Part shown: piece after piece, positions 1 through 9,739 of the stretch
How positions within the stretch are numbered: the first letter of the stretch is position 1
Layout: the number at the start of each line of letters is the position of its first letter
Assembly: GCA_964617045.1 (NCBI GenBank)
Contig: CAZTVZ010000004.1
Span: 15,799 to 79,798 of the forward strand
Direction of reading: 5' to 3'
Source: an uncultured Gammaproteobacteria bacterium
GTDB lineage: Bacteria; Patescibacteriota; Microgenomatia; UBA8517
DNA: 64,000 nucleotides
Position numbers and translations under genes: made by a program
The notes under the pieces: model-generated
Seen by the model: only the letters and a program-made list of their open reading frames with translations
The model's database searches: none
What the model was told of the DNA's origin: nothing

Positions 1-10
1 AATAACTTCG

Positions 11-1315
11 TTGTCGGCTTCCATGATATATCTTCTTGCTCCATATAGAATGGTCGACATATTGGTAAGGGGAGCGGTTGGGGAAGCTTTGGCATTTGTT
101 TTTGTTCCAATGATCCTTTTGGGATTATACAGAAAGTCGTTTTATTGGATTCTTTTTGGTTGGATAGGGCTTATTCTTACGCATCCTTTGGCAAGTGCAA
201 TATTCGCAATTTTTTATCCTCTGTATATTCTTTTCCTTTATAAAAAAAGAGAAAGGAAAATAATATTTATTAAGTATTTAACGGCTTTTATTTTTTCAAT
301 TCTTTTGTCGTCTTTCAATTTGGTTCCAACATTATTATTAACCGGTTTTACACATTATTCTCCCGCACTATCAAATCCAACAGAACATTTTCCGACTTTC
401 TTTCAACTGATAAGTTCAAAATGGGGATGGGGAGCCTCGATGCCCGGAAATGGGGATTACATGTCTTTTTCGCTGGGTCTAATACAAATAATTACTGTTG
501 TTGCATTTATTGTTTATTTTTTCGACAAGTGGCAGATGGGTATCAAACCAGGCAGAGAAAAAATCTTTTTGGGAGGATCGCTTTTACTGGGAATTTTATT
601 AATGCTTCCGATATCAAGCGGTGTTTATTCGATACTGTTTCTTTCTAACTTTATCGATTACCCCTGGAGATTATTGTTTCTGTTTGTTTTTCTGATTAGC
701 GTTATTAGCGCTCTTTTAATGCACAAACTAAAGAGTAAGTACCAATACTTGGTGGGAGTGTCCGTAATTATTATTTTGACAATTCAAACACTTCCGATAA
801 GCATTAAGCATCCTGATTACTGGACTCAGGATTTGAGTTTCTTTGAATATGACACGGGAGACGATAAAGGGGAATATGTGCCGATTTACAGGAATACAAG
901 GTTTAAGTTTGATTTCGAAGAAACGATAAATGTAATTGACGGAAAAGCCGAGGTGGAAAAAATTCAGGAACTATCTCACTTGAGGGAATACAAAATAAAT
1001 GCAATAAAAGACAGTGTTATAAGGATAAACAGTACATACTTTCCCGGTTGGAAAATATTTATCGATGGAGAAGAAACAAATATTCAAATGCCTCAGGCTT
1101 TGCGCCCAAGTGAAGGATGCTATATCACCAAAAAAAGCGAGATAGAAACCGATGATTCAGGATTTATTGCCTGCAACCTGGTAAAAGGCGAGTATGGAAT
1201 AAAGTATCAATACAAAATGACCAATCAACAGAAAGCAGGAAATCTGATCACTCTATTCGGAATATTGTTGTTACTTGTTTACGGAATAATATGGAACAGA
1301 AAAAAAGATGATTAA
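11..1315 (+). CDS. Polytopic membrane protein, YfhO/GT-C-like; its 5' end is cut off by the window edge.
   Basis: The ORF runs to the window edge. It has many predicted TM helices, then a soluble domain of about 150 aa and a final TM helix, the architecture of YfhO-type envelope glycosyltransferases. It is directly followed by a GT39-like gene. Confidence 0.5.
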   Translation: MSASMIYLLAPYRMVDILVRGAVGEALAFVFVPMILLGLYRKSFYWILFGWIGLILTHPLASAIFAIFYPLYILFLYKKRERKIIFIKYLTAFIFSILLSSFNLVPTLLLTGFTHYSPALSNPTEHFPTFFQLISSKWGWGASMPGNGDYMSFSLGLIQIITVVAFIVYFFDKWQMGIKPGREKIFLGGSLLLGILLMLPISSGVYSILFLSNFIDYPWRLLFLFVFLISVISALLMHKLKSKYQYLVGVSVIIILTIQTLPISIKHPDYWTQDLSFFEYDTGDDKGEYVPIYRNTRFKFDFEETINVIDGKAEVEKIQELSHLREYKINAIKDSVIRINSTYFPGWKIFIDGEETNIQMPQALRPSEGCYITKKSEIETDDSGFIACNLVKGEYGIKYQYKMTNQQKAGNLITLFGILLLLVYGIIWNRKKDD

Positions 1316-2621
1316 GTTGTTAACAGAAAGTTTCTGGGCAGACGAAGCATTCACGGCACTTGTCATGAAGATGCCCGTGGGGGATATTTGGAACGTTCTT
1401 CTGGGAGATGTGCACCCTCCTTTCTACTATTATTTCGGAGCCTTGTGGGGTAGGTTATTTGGTTTTTCGGAGATCTCTTTGAGACTTGCATCATTTATTT
1501 TTCTTCTTGGTGCGTGCTTTTTTGTTTACAAAATTGTAAGAAGGTTCACCAAAGAAATATTTCCCAAAATAGTAGCTCCGTTAATGGTTCTTTCTTCTCC
1601 TTTTATTATCTATTATGGATTTGAGGCAAGAATGTACAGCTTAACTTTATTGCTGTCTCTTGTTTCAATCTACTATTTTCTTGAGAAAAAAGACCGGATT
1701 CTCACTCTCGTAAACGCGATTCTTCTTTATACACATTATTTTGGTCTATTTATCGTTTTGGGAGAAATGGTATTGGTTTTATGGGAACAATTTAAGACAA
1801 AAAGGATACGTGGACTATTCAAAAAGGTTTCTCCATTTATACTCTCCTTTGCGCTTTTCATTCCTTGGATGATCCATCTTGTTGGTCAATCAAAGCAGGT
1901 GGAAGAATCTTTTTGGATTGTTAGACCAGACTTGAATGAAGTGTTTAGGGTTTTTGGATACCTTTTGTCGGGTGGAATTCCATCCGAATATCAATTTGCG
2001 GGAGCCATAATCGTTTTGATAATTATTATTTCAGCTGATTGGAAGAAATTTTCCGGGGAAATGTGGAAGCTAATGTTTATCTTTTTCTTTTCTCCTTTTA
2101 CGGCTTTATTGATATCACTATTTTCGACACCGATTTTCTTTGAAAGATACTTAATTGTTTTTTCAGCAGGAATTATTATTCTTGCAAGTTTGATGGCCGG
2201 TAAAATTACCCGGCCATTACTACTGGTTGTTTTTGGAGCTTTTATTTACTTCAGTTTCCCAAAAGTTACACAAGGAGTGCGCTTGGATACAAGGGGCGCA
2301 ATTATGTTTGCCAAAGAAAATGCAACCGAAAATGATTTTGTTGTAACCTACGGCGACATTTCCAATCATTTGTTTGAAAGCAAATATTACGGATATAAAA
2401 CACCGATTTATACTACAAATATACTACCTTCGTATATGGGGGTGAGCTTGATGGAGGAGGGGGATGTCGTGGGTTCCATTCCCGAAATTAAAGGAAGGTT
2501 AGGAGTAATAACAAACTATCATCCCAGTGAGTATTTGCTTCCCGGATTTAGACTGAGTAGCCTACAAAGTTTTTATGGTGTAAACATGATTTGGTACACA
2601 CCTGTTGGAAAGAATCGTTAA
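1308..2621 (+). CDS. GT-C family membrane glycosyltransferase (family 39/83, ArnT/PMT-like).
   Basis: N-terminal motif DEAFTALVMKMPVGD...DVHPPFYYYFG is typical of the PMT/ArnT first extracytoplasmic loop (DE motif). The rest of the protein has many TM helices. Its start overlaps the upstream gene by 8 nt. Confidence 0.65.
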   Translation: MIKLLTESFWADEAFTALVMKMPVGDIWNVLLGDVHPPFYYYFGALWGRLFGFSEISLRLASFIFLLGACFFVYKIVRRFTKEIFPKIVAPLMVLSSPFIIYYGFEARMYSLTLLLSLVSIYYFLEKKDRILTLVNAILLYTHYFGLFIVLGEMVLVLWEQFKTKRIRGLFKKVSPFILSFALFIPWMIHLVGQSKQVEESFWIVRPDLNEVFRVFGYLLSGGIPSEYQFAGAIIVLIIIISADWKKFSGEMWKLMFIFFFSPFTALLISLFSTPIFFERYLIVFSAGIIILASLMAGKITRPLLLVVFGAFIYFSFPKVTQGVRLDTRGAIMFAKENATENDFVVTYGDISNHLFESKYYGYKTPIYTTNILPSYMGVSLMEEGDVVGSIPEIKGRLGVITNYHPSEYLLPGFRLSSLQSFYGVNMIWYTPVGKNR

Positions 2622-2640
2622 CTGAGTTATTATTTCGAAA

Positions 2641-3309
2641 ATGGATGGGCTTAAAAATATTTACGCAAATTCCTTTTACGAAAATCAAAGCGAAGGTTCA
2701 TTAAGATCGGCAAAGGAAATTATCTCAATCCTTCTAACGTATATTTCACCCAAATCGGCGGTAGATGTTGGTTGCGGTGTCGGGACGTGGTTAAAAGTCC
2801 TCAAGGAAAGCGGAGTAGACACCCTTACCGGTATCGATGGAGAGTGGGTAAAAGACAGCTCGTTATATTTATCCGAAGATCATTTTGTGTTTCAGGATTT
2901 AACCAAAAAGATAAAAATCGGGAAGAAATACGATCTTGCTTTGTGCATGGAAGTACTGGAGCACTTACCCGACATTTATGGAAAAAAAATAATTGATTTT
3001 TTGACCAACGCATCTCCCTACGTACTATTTTCTGCTGCTGTTCCGGGACAAACTGGAGCAATACATATAAACGAAAGGTGGCAAAGCTATTGGGCAAAAG
3101 AATTCGATAAAAGAGGTTTTGTACCGATTGACCTTGTACGGCCCTTGGTGTGGGACAATCCCAAAGTTGATTTTTGGTACAAACAAAACACACTATTTTA
3201 TGTTCGAAAGAGTGTTCTTGCGAAAAACAAGAAATTGAAAAGTTTTAATAAACCACAAATATTGAATGTTGTTCATCCAATTATGTTCAATATTGCTTCA
3301 GAAATATAA
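2641..3309 (+). CDS. Class I SAM-dependent methyltransferase.
   Basis: Motif I VDVGCGVGTWL (glycine-rich SAM-binding loop), with a post-I acidic residue and the motif ALCMEVLEHL. Length 222 aa. Confidence 0.75.
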   Translation: MDGLKNIYANSFYENQSEGSLRSAKEIISILLTYISPKSAVDVGCGVGTWLKVLKESGVDTLTGIDGEWVKDSSLYLSEDHFVFQDLTKKIKIGKKYDLALCMEVLEHLPDIYGKKIIDFLTNASPYVLFSAAVPGQTGAIHINERWQSYWAKEFDKRGFVPIDLVRPLVWDNPKVDFWYKQNTLFYVRKSVLAKNKKLKSFNKPQILNVVHPIMFNIASEI

Positions 3310-3358
3310 TTAACCACTTGATATTAATTCGTGTATAGTTTAAAAATTATTCTTAGTA

Positions 3359-3739
3359 ATGAAATCATACGTAATTGTTAAATCGACAAAAGGAAAGGGC
3401 CGGGGAGTGTACGCTCTAAAAAACTTCAAAGAAGGAGATGTTATCGAAAGATGTCCGGTACTAAACCTCTCTCCCAAAGAAAGGCAACACTGCAGCAAAA
3501 CGATGCTTAACTTCTATATGTATCCATGGAGAAGCACAAGAAGTGCCTCCATTGTTCTTGGATATGGTTCCCTTTATAACCATTCATATGAACCAAATGC
3601 AGATTGGAAACAAAACTTTCATACCAATAAAATGATTTATACGGCCATTAAACCAATTAAAAAAGGTGAAGAGATTTTAATCAACTACAACGGAGAGCCT
3701 GATGACAAAACCGAAATAGATTGGTTCGAAGTTAAATAA
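3359..3739 (+). CDS. SET-domain protein (putative protein-lysine methyltransferase).
   Basis: GYGSLYNHSYEPNA matches the SET NHSCxPN signature. The C-terminus (EEILINYNGEPDDK) matches the SET ELxxDY-like region. It is a small standalone SET protein of 126 aa. Confidence 0.65.
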   Translation: MKSYVIVKSTKGKGRGVYALKNFKEGDVIERCPVLNLSPKERQHCSKTMLNFYMYPWRSTRSASIVLGYGSLYNHSYEPNADWKQNFHTNKMIYTAIKPIKKGEEILINYNGEPDDKTEIDWFEVK

Positions 3740-3745
3740 TCTTCT

Positions 3746-4672
3746 TTATACACAGCTTCCGTAATTTTCTTTTTTAGCACCACAATGTGGACACGTGGTT
3801 ATCCCAAAACCGGAGGGTATTTTCCCACCGCATTTTGGACAGGAAAAGAATCTTTCCTGACTCCAATTTCCCTTAAAGAAATTGTCAAAAGGAGAATTAT
3901 CTATAGCACTTACCATTCCCAAGGCTGCGACGTTGGATATTCCGCAGCTTCCGCTTGGTGATATGTAATAACCATATTTTTTTGCTTCTTCTTCAATTAG
4001 TGCTCCGAGCATAAGTTGATAATGAAAATTATTCATTATTAGACTGAGTTCTCTGGAGTATTTTTCGACAATATCCGAAGCAATCTTTGTTGTTACGACT
4101 TTTTCTTTCAGGTCATCCTTCTTCCTTATTCTGTTCCATACTTCAGATTTTCCGAAGATTTTCTCTAAATGGTTTATCCAATCTCCACCTTTTCCCTCGA
4201 ACGGAAATATATTACTTCTTACCTCTTCAACATTATTTTGTTTGGTGTTACCCATTAAACTAGCTATTTGCAGACATTCTTCTGCCGATTCTTTGCCGCA
4301 TATTGCCCTGCAAGCAATTTGTTTTCCTTTCTTTTCGAATATTACAAATCTGGATTCAGAATAGTCTTTTGATGGGGGAGAAATCCATATTGCCTGTCCA
4401 TTTTTTGTTTCGTTTGCCCATTTTTCAAGTTTCTCCGAAGCTTCGTATTCTTTTTTATCCTGTTCGGTACGGACTTCTATCACATCAAGTATCCTTCCGA
4501 ATTCATTTGAAACAAGTTTTCCTTCCCGATCAACGAATAATTCGTAATAAGTTATTTTTTCTTCCAGGGGAGCCTTTTTGTTTTCGATAAGGTATGAAGC
4601 AAAATCACTCTCAATTTGAGATTGATCTTTATCTTTCCAATTGCCGATGTTTAAAGCTAATCTTTCTGCCAT
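3746..4672 (-). CDS. Hypothetical protein with a C-terminal zinc ribbon.
   Basis: The 308-aa ORF ends CPKCGG...CPHCGAKK (4-Cys ribbon). I recognise no other domain. Confidence 0.45.
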   Translation of the reverse strand: MAERLALNIGNWKDKDQSQIESDFASYLIENKKAPLEEKITYYELFVDREGKLVSNEFGRILDVIEVRTEQDKKEYEASEKLEKWANETKNGQAIWISPPSKDYSESRFVIFEKKGKQIACRAICGKESAEECLQIASLMGNTKQNNVEEVRSNIFPFEGKGGDWINHLEKIFGKSEVWNRIRKKDDLKEKVVTTKIASDIVEKYSRELSLIMNNFHYQLMLGALIEEEAKKYGYYISPSGSCGISNVAALGMVSAIDNSPFDNFFKGNWSQERFFSCPKCGGKIPSGFGITTCPHCGAKKENYGSCV

Positions 4673-4836
4673 TTCTGCTCGGAATACTCGATCGTTAGTT
4701 TTCCGGCTTTAACGGTTGCGGCACAGCTTCGGATTTACACCGAATTCCTTGAAACACAATCGGTATGTTCATTATGCATTTAACATAATCGAAGTCAATA
4801 GGTTAATATTAATTAGATTAAAAGGGGGTGAGAATT

Positions 4837-5010
4837 ATGGTAAAGATTAAATCCGGAAACTGGTCGATTATTTTAATTTATCTAGCTATTGTAGCTATTA
4901 TTCTTGCTGCCATTGGATATGCATATCAGGATGTTTGGCTTGCATCTACTCAATGGATGCTTGTGGCCGCAGTTCTTTCGGTTTTTGGCCTCTATTTCAA
5001 AGGGAAGTGA
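4837..5010 (+). CDS. Small two-TM membrane protein.
   Basis: Strong SD AAGGGGGTGA sits 5 nt upstream of the ATG at 4837. The two hydrophobic helices total about 57 aa. Confidence 0.4.
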   Translation: MVKIKSGNWSIILIYLAIVAIILAAIGYAYQDVWLASTQWMLVAAVLSVFGLYFKGK

Positions 5011-5050
5011 TCGTTCGGAAATAGTGCGTTAAATGTGCGGTAAATAATCT

Positions 5051-5077
5051 TTGACTTTTTGCTTTTAAGCATATAAT
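5051..5077 (+). promoter_or_regulatory. Sigma70-like promoter (TTGACT-15-TATAAT) upstream of the ZIP transporter gene.
   Basis: TTGACT at 5051-5056 and TATAAT at 5072-5077, with the ATG at 5088. Confidence 0.4.
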
Positions 5078-5087
5078 CTATCGAATT

Positions 5088-5834
5088 ATGCCTGGAAACT
5101 TAACACAAATATTGGGATTGTCTTTTTTAGGTAGTATTGCCGGACTTATCGGAGGGTTACTGCTACTTTGGAAAGCGAATTTTGCCAAAAAATTCTCCCT
5201 TCCCTTAATTTCTTTTGCGGCAGGAGTGATTTTATCGGTTACCTTCTTGGACATGCTTCCAGAGGCTGTTGAAGCAGGTGGGGAAGGAACATTTCTTCTT
5301 GTAATGATTGGCCTTGTACTCTTTTTTATTGTTGAAGATCTTTTCCTCCATTATCATCACCATGAACAACATTCAGAAAAGGTTAAACCGCTTGTCCCGT
5401 TTTTAATTGTCAGCGATACGATTCACAATTTTATTGACGGTATTGTGATTGCGGCAGCCGTATTGATAGATGTTAATTTGGGATTGGTTGTTGCCTTTGC
5501 AACGTTCTTGCATGAAGTGCCTCAGGAGATAGGGGATTTTGCCGTTATGCTTTCAACCGGGCTTTCCAAAACAAAGACGCTCTTGGCGCATCTTTTTTCA
5601 GCTTGTGCAACTTTTGCAGGAGCACTTTTGACCTACTTTTTTTACAACAATTCGGAGGGGTTAATCGCACCTCTTCTGGCGATAGCTTCGGGAATGTTCC
5701 TTTATATTGCAACTGCCGATATTTTGCCTGAACTTACAAAAACCAAACATGCCCATGGAAGATGGATCGTCGTTGTTCCTTTTGTTCTCGGTTTGGGTAT
5801 TATTTTTATCTTGCACAAATTCATTTCCCATTAG
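5088..5834 (+). CDS. zupT: ZIP-family metal (Zn/Fe) transporter.
   Basis: Conserved ZIP signature HNFxDGxxIA (HNFIDGIVIAAA) and HEVPQEIGDFAV, a His-rich loop HYHHHEQHSE, and 8 TM helices. Length 248 aa. Confidence 0.85.
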   Translation: MPGNLTQILGLSFLGSIAGLIGGLLLLWKANFAKKFSLPLISFAAGVILSVTFLDMLPEAVEAGGEGTFLLVMIGLVLFFIVEDLFLHYHHHEQHSEKVKPLVPFLIVSDTIHNFIDGIVIAAAVLIDVNLGLVVAFATFLHEVPQEIGDFAVMLSTGLSKTKTLLAHLFSACATFAGALLTYFFYNNSEGLIAPLLAIASGMFLYIATADILPELTKTKHAHGRWIVVVPFVLGLGIIFILHKFISH

Positions 5835-5848
5835 GGTAAAATAGAATA

Positions 5849-6274
5849 ATGCAAAAGCTTCTCTATCTATTTATTGGAATAGCCATTGCTTTACTGTTTG
5901 TCGGTATGGCTTTAACTTCGATCAAGCCAATCAAACAAAACGAAAGCACAAATGGAGACACAGGAAAAGAAGAAATCGTTGAGAGTACGACAGGAGAAAC
6001 AGTTGAAGTTCAAATTGTTGGTAACGAATATTCTTTTACCCCTTCAAATATCGAAATTAACAAAGGAGATAAAATAATTCTAACTTTCAGAAACACAGGG
6101 AAAATCCCGCACAACTTGGTAATAGACGAATTGGGAATATCCACAAAAAGTGTATGGAGAGGCCAATCGGATACTGTTGAATTTGTTGCTACGGAATCGG
6201 GAACGTTAAGATATTATTGTTCTATAGGGAATCATGCCGCACTCGGTATGACAGGATCTTTGGAGGTGAAATAG
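5849..6274 (+). CDS. Membrane-anchored cupredoxin (plastocyanin/halocyanin-like blue copper protein).
   Basis: N-terminal TM anchor. C-terminal copper ligands are in the classic arrangement H...C-x-x-x-x-H-x-x-x-x-M (PHNLVID ... YYCSIGNHAALGM). Confidence 0.7.
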   Translation: MQKLLYLFIGIAIALLFVGMALTSIKPIKQNESTNGDTGKEEIVESTTGETVEVQIVGNEYSFTPSNIEINKGDKIILTFRNTGKIPHNLVIDELGISTKSVWRGQSDTVEFVATESGTLRYYCSIGNHAALGMTGSLEVK

Positions 6275-6529
6275 ATGCAGATAATTATATATTCGACAAC
6301 AACATGCCCATACTGCCAAATGCTAAAGGAATATTTGTCTTCAAAACAAATTCAATTTGTTGAAAAGATGGTTGATCAAAACGAAACCGACAGGGAAGAA
6401 ATGTCTAAAGTATCGGGAGGATTTTTGGGTGTTCCTTTTATATACATTAAAAAAGATGATGGAACTGTTGAAACCATCATCGGTTTTGATAAAGGAAAAT
6501 TAAATCTAACGCTAGGAGTGCAGGGATGA
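6275..6529 (+). CDS. Glutaredoxin / NrdH-like redoxin.
   Basis: CPYC active site near the N-terminus (TTCPYCQMLKEYL). Length 84 aa, thioredoxin fold. Confidence 0.75.
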   Translation: MQIIIYSTTTCPYCQMLKEYLSSKQIQFVEKMVDQNETDREEMSKVSGGFLGVPFIYIKKDDGTVETIIGFDKGKLNLTLGVQG

Positions 6530-7182
6530 TATTTATCAATTACAAAGCTTACGCTCAGGGTGCAGGTCAAGAAGGGGTAAAATTAACCAAAGTTCTCGAA
6601 GAAGTGTCTCACGAAACCCATATTAAAGTAGTACCCGTTGTTCAGATACTCAATGCAGAACTAATTGCCGGTTCGACCAGTTTGGACGTATGGATTCAGC
6701 ATATAGATCCGGTTTCTTACGGTCCATATACGGGTTGGACATTACCTGAAGAAGCAGTGAGAGTGGGAATAAAAGGAGTTTTTTTGAATCATTCGGAGCA
6801 TAAATTCGATAATTGGGAAGATTTAACAAAGGCGGTTCTCAGATGTAGAGAAGTTGATCTTAAAACTTTGGTTTTTGCATCCGATACAGAGGAACTAAAA
6901 AGAGTGGTTCAGTTAAAACCTACTTATGTTGCGTATGAACCTGAAGAGCTTGTTGGATCAACGGAAACATCGGTTTCCAGAGCTAAGCCGGAAGTTGTTA
7001 AAGAAGCTTCCGAAATTGCCCAAGAAGCGGGGATACCGTTGATTGTGGGCGCAGGAGTTAATTGCAAAGACGATGTGAAAATTGCTATTGAATTGGGTGC
7101 TTCCGGAGTAGCGGTTGCTACGGACGTAGTGAAAGCCGAAAATCCGAGAGCAGAGCTTATTGACCTGGCGGAGGGTTTTTAA
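6526..7182 (+). CDS. tpiA: Triosephosphate isomerase, short archaeal-type.
   Basis: Length 218 aa against about 250 aa for bacterial TIM. It starts INYKAY, has the catalytic region AYEPEE (catalytic Glu), and a phosphate loop GAGVN...GVAVATD. Confidence 0.75.
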   Translation: MIFINYKAYAQGAGQEGVKLTKVLEEVSHETHIKVVPVVQILNAELIAGSTSLDVWIQHIDPVSYGPYTGWTLPEEAVRVGIKGVFLNHSEHKFDNWEDLTKAVLRCREVDLKTLVFASDTEELKRVVQLKPTYVAYEPEELVGSTETSVSRAKPEVVKEASEIAQEAGIPLIVGAGVNCKDDVKIAIELGASGVAVATDVVKAENPRAELIDLAEGF

Positions 7183-7626
7183 ATGATTTATATCGGCGCC
7201 GACCATAGAGGATTTGAACTTAAAGAAAAAATAATTCTTTGGCTTAAAAATAGTGAATCAAAGGTTGAGGATGAGGGTGCTCACATGTATGATCCTTCGG
7301 ATGATTATCCTGAATATGCACAGAAAGTGGCCTCTTTGGTCAAAAAGGGAGGTAACAAAGGAATATTGCTGTGTGGTTCTGGAGTTGGTGTCCAAGTTGT
7401 TGCCAATAAGTTCGACGGAATAAGAGCGGCAATTGGGCTATCCGAGGAACAGGTAAAAAAGGGGAGGGAAGATGATGATATGAATATCTTGGTAATTGCT
7501 TCTGATTTTACGAATTTTGAAGAAGCAAAAAAAATGATAACAGCATTTTTAAATACTAAATATAAAAAAGAAATTAAACACGAAAGAAGGTTAAGTGAGA
7601 TTGAAAAAATTGAAGCGAATAATTAG
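7183..7626 (+). CDS. rpiB: Ribose-5-phosphate isomerase B.
   Basis: MIYIGADHRGFELK ... LLCGSGVGVQVVANK are hallmark RpiB/LacAB motifs. Confidence 0.85.
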   Translation: MIYIGADHRGFELKEKIILWLKNSESKVEDEGAHMYDPSDDYPEYAQKVASLVKKGGNKGILLCGSGVGVQVVANKFDGIRAAIGLSEEQVKKGREDDDMNILVIASDFTNFEEAKKMITAFLNTKYKKEIKHERRLSEIEKIEANN

Positions 7627-8628
7627 ATGGATAATCTGCCCACAATTACAAAAGAAATTGCAGCCGGAAAAAAAGTAATTCTTCGAGCGGATCTTGATGT
7701 TGACCCGGAAGAATCTGATTTTCGCTTAAAATCACTTCTTCCTACGCTTCGGCTATTGTCCGAAAGCAAGGCCTTAACTACAATAATTGGACACAAAGGT
7801 AGACCTAGTGGGCAAGAAGATCATTCAATGAGTCTGGAACCGGTCTGCGCTAAATTATCCGAACTGCTGGGTGAGAAAATCATATTTAATCAGCAGTTTT
7901 CTGAATGTTCGTTCTCAATGATGGAAAACTTGAGGTTTGAAAAGGGAGAAGAAGAAAATTCCGAAGAACTTATTTCAAAAATCTGTTCGTATGGAGACAT
8001 ATACGTAAACGAAGCATTTTCGGTTTCTCACAGAAAACACGCATCAATCGTAGGTGTCCCTCAAAAATTGAATCATTATGCCGGATTGAGATTCCAAGAA
8101 GAGGTTCGCAATCTTTCAAAACTTGTCGAAAATCCCGATAGGCCCTTTGTAGTGGTATTGGGAGGATTCAAAAACGACAAACTCGATTACCTGGAAGGAC
8201 TTAAAGAAATTTCGGACAAGGTACTTGTGGGTGGAAGGCTTCCGGATTATATGGGTGATTTGGGTAGTGTTCGATCCGTACCGTTTTCGGAAAAGGTTGT
8301 TCCCGGAAACTTGATAATGGATAAAGAGGATATTTCGATTCACACAATTGAGAGATTTGAAGAAGAGATCGGAAAAGCCAAAACCATTTTACTTGCCGGT
8401 CCGATGGGTAAATTTGAAGAAGAAGGTCATAGACAGGGGACAAGTAGAGTGGTCAATGCAATTATCGATTCGAATGCTTTCAAAATTGCAGGTGGCGGAG
8501 ATACTATTCAGGCAATCGAAACATTTAAATTGGAGGAAAGATTTGATTACCTTTCTGTTGCAGGAGGTGCGATGCTTGAATTCTTGGTAAAGAAAACTTT
8601 ACCGGGGATAGAGGCGTTGATAAACTAA
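7627..8628 (+). CDS. pgk: Phosphoglycerate kinase (compact, 333 aa).
   Basis: PGK motifs are in order: RADLDV, IGHKGRP, ENLRFEKGEE, NEAFSVSHRKHAS, LGGFKNDKL, AGPMGKFE, GGGDT, SVAGGAMLE. Confidence 0.85.
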   Translation: MDNLPTITKEIAAGKKVILRADLDVDPEESDFRLKSLLPTLRLLSESKALTTIIGHKGRPSGQEDHSMSLEPVCAKLSELLGEKIIFNQQFSECSFSMMENLRFEKGEEENSEELISKICSYGDIYVNEAFSVSHRKHASIVGVPQKLNHYAGLRFQEEVRNLSKLVENPDRPFVVVLGGFKNDKLDYLEGLKEISDKVLVGGRLPDYMGDLGSVRSVPFSEKVVPGNLIMDKEDISIHTIERFEEEIGKAKTILLAGPMGKFEEEGHRQGTSRVVNAIIDSNAFKIAGGGDTIQAIETFKLEERFDYLSVAGGAMLEFLVKKTLPGIEALIN

Positions 8629-8632
8629 TAAG

Positions 8633-9739
8633 ATGGTAAAAGTAGGGATAAACGGTTTTGGAAGGATAGGGAGATTGGCAACCCGAATTGCTCTTTTAAA
8701 ACATTCGGGAGATATGGATATTGTGGCTATTAATACTTCCGGTTCAATGAACGTATCCGGTTGGGCACATCTTCTCTCTTACGATACAACGTATCGCAAG
8801 TTCGAAAAAGAAGTTCGTTTTGAAGAAGTAAAAAAACCAGAAGAAGCAACAGATGAAGATCCATTAATCGGATATCTTTTAATCGATGGAAGAAAAATTG
8901 CAATTCTTGCCCAGAAAGATCCGGAGAAAATTCCTTGGGGAAAATACGGAGCGGATGTAATAATTGAGTCGACTGGAAAGTTTACTTCTCAAGAAGAAGC
9001 CGGAAAACATTCGGTTGGAGGAGCTAAGGTTGTTATTATTTCTGCTCCTTCCAAAGGGGGAAATGTGGGCACTTACGTAATATCCGTAAATGAATACAAA
9101 GGGGGAGGTCAAGTTATATCAAACTCATCATGTACCACCAACTGTGTTGCACCTGTTGCTGCAATAATGCATTCCAAGTTCGGAATAGAAAAAGCTGCAA
9201 TGACAACGATACATTCGTATACCGATGATCAAAATCTTCAGGATGGATCACACAAGGATTTGAGACGAGCAAGAGCAGCTGCTCAAAATATTGTTCCTAC
9301 GTCCACCGGTGCGGCAATTTCCACAACAGAAACCATTCCGGAGCTGGAGGGGCTTTTTGATGGAATGGCACTAAGGGTACCGGTAGGAACAGGATCTTTA
9401 ACTGACTTTGCCATTGTTACAAAAAGGTCGGTAACAATTGATGAAGTGAACAACGCATTTAAAGAAGCCGCAGATTCTCCCTTGTACAAAGGTATCCTGG
9501 GCGTGACCGAAGATCCTGTTGTTTCCTCGGATATCGTGGGAAGAAGTGAATCCGCGATTGTTGATTTGGGCCTTACTCAGGTAATTGCGGGCACTTTGGT
9601 AAAAATATTCGCCTGGTACGACAACGAATGGGGCTATTCGAACAGGCTTGTGGAACAAGTAATCAGAGTGGGAAATTCACTCGGATCAAAACTGGCTCCC
9701 AGCGATCCGATAACCTTATCATGGAGGGGGAATCAATAA
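8633..9739 (+). CDS. gap: Glyceraldehyde-3-phosphate dehydrogenase, type I.
   Basis: VGINGFGRIGR NAD-binding start, the catalytic motif SNSSCTTNCVAP, and WYDNEWGYSNR at the C-terminus. Confidence 0.95.
   Translation: MVKVGINGFGRIGRLATRIALLKHSGDMDIVAINTSGSMNVSGWAHLLSYDTTYRKFEKEVRFEEVKKPEEATDEDPLIGYLLIDGRKIAILAQKDPEKIPWGKYGADVIIESTGKFTSQEEAGKHSVGGAKVVIISAPSKGGNVGTYVISVNEYKGGGQVISNSSCTTNCVAPVAAIMHSKFGIEKAAMTTIHSYTDDQNLQDGSHKDLRRARAAAQNIVPTSTGAAISTTETIPELEGLFDGMALRVPVGTGSLTDFAIVTKRSVTIDEVNNAFKEAADSPLYKGILGVTEDPVVSSDIVGRSESAIVDLGLTQVIAGTLVKIFAWYDNEWGYSNRLVEQVIRVGNSLGSKLAPSDPITLSWRGNQ

Noticed and set aside
2772-3193. Overlapping internal ORFs (2772..2996 +, 2825..3193 -) and similar nested ORFs throughout the window (for example 421..648, 8116..8590, 11171..11817, 25195..25465).
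   Set aside because: They are nested inside well-supported longer genes with clear homology, and their translations are low-complexity.
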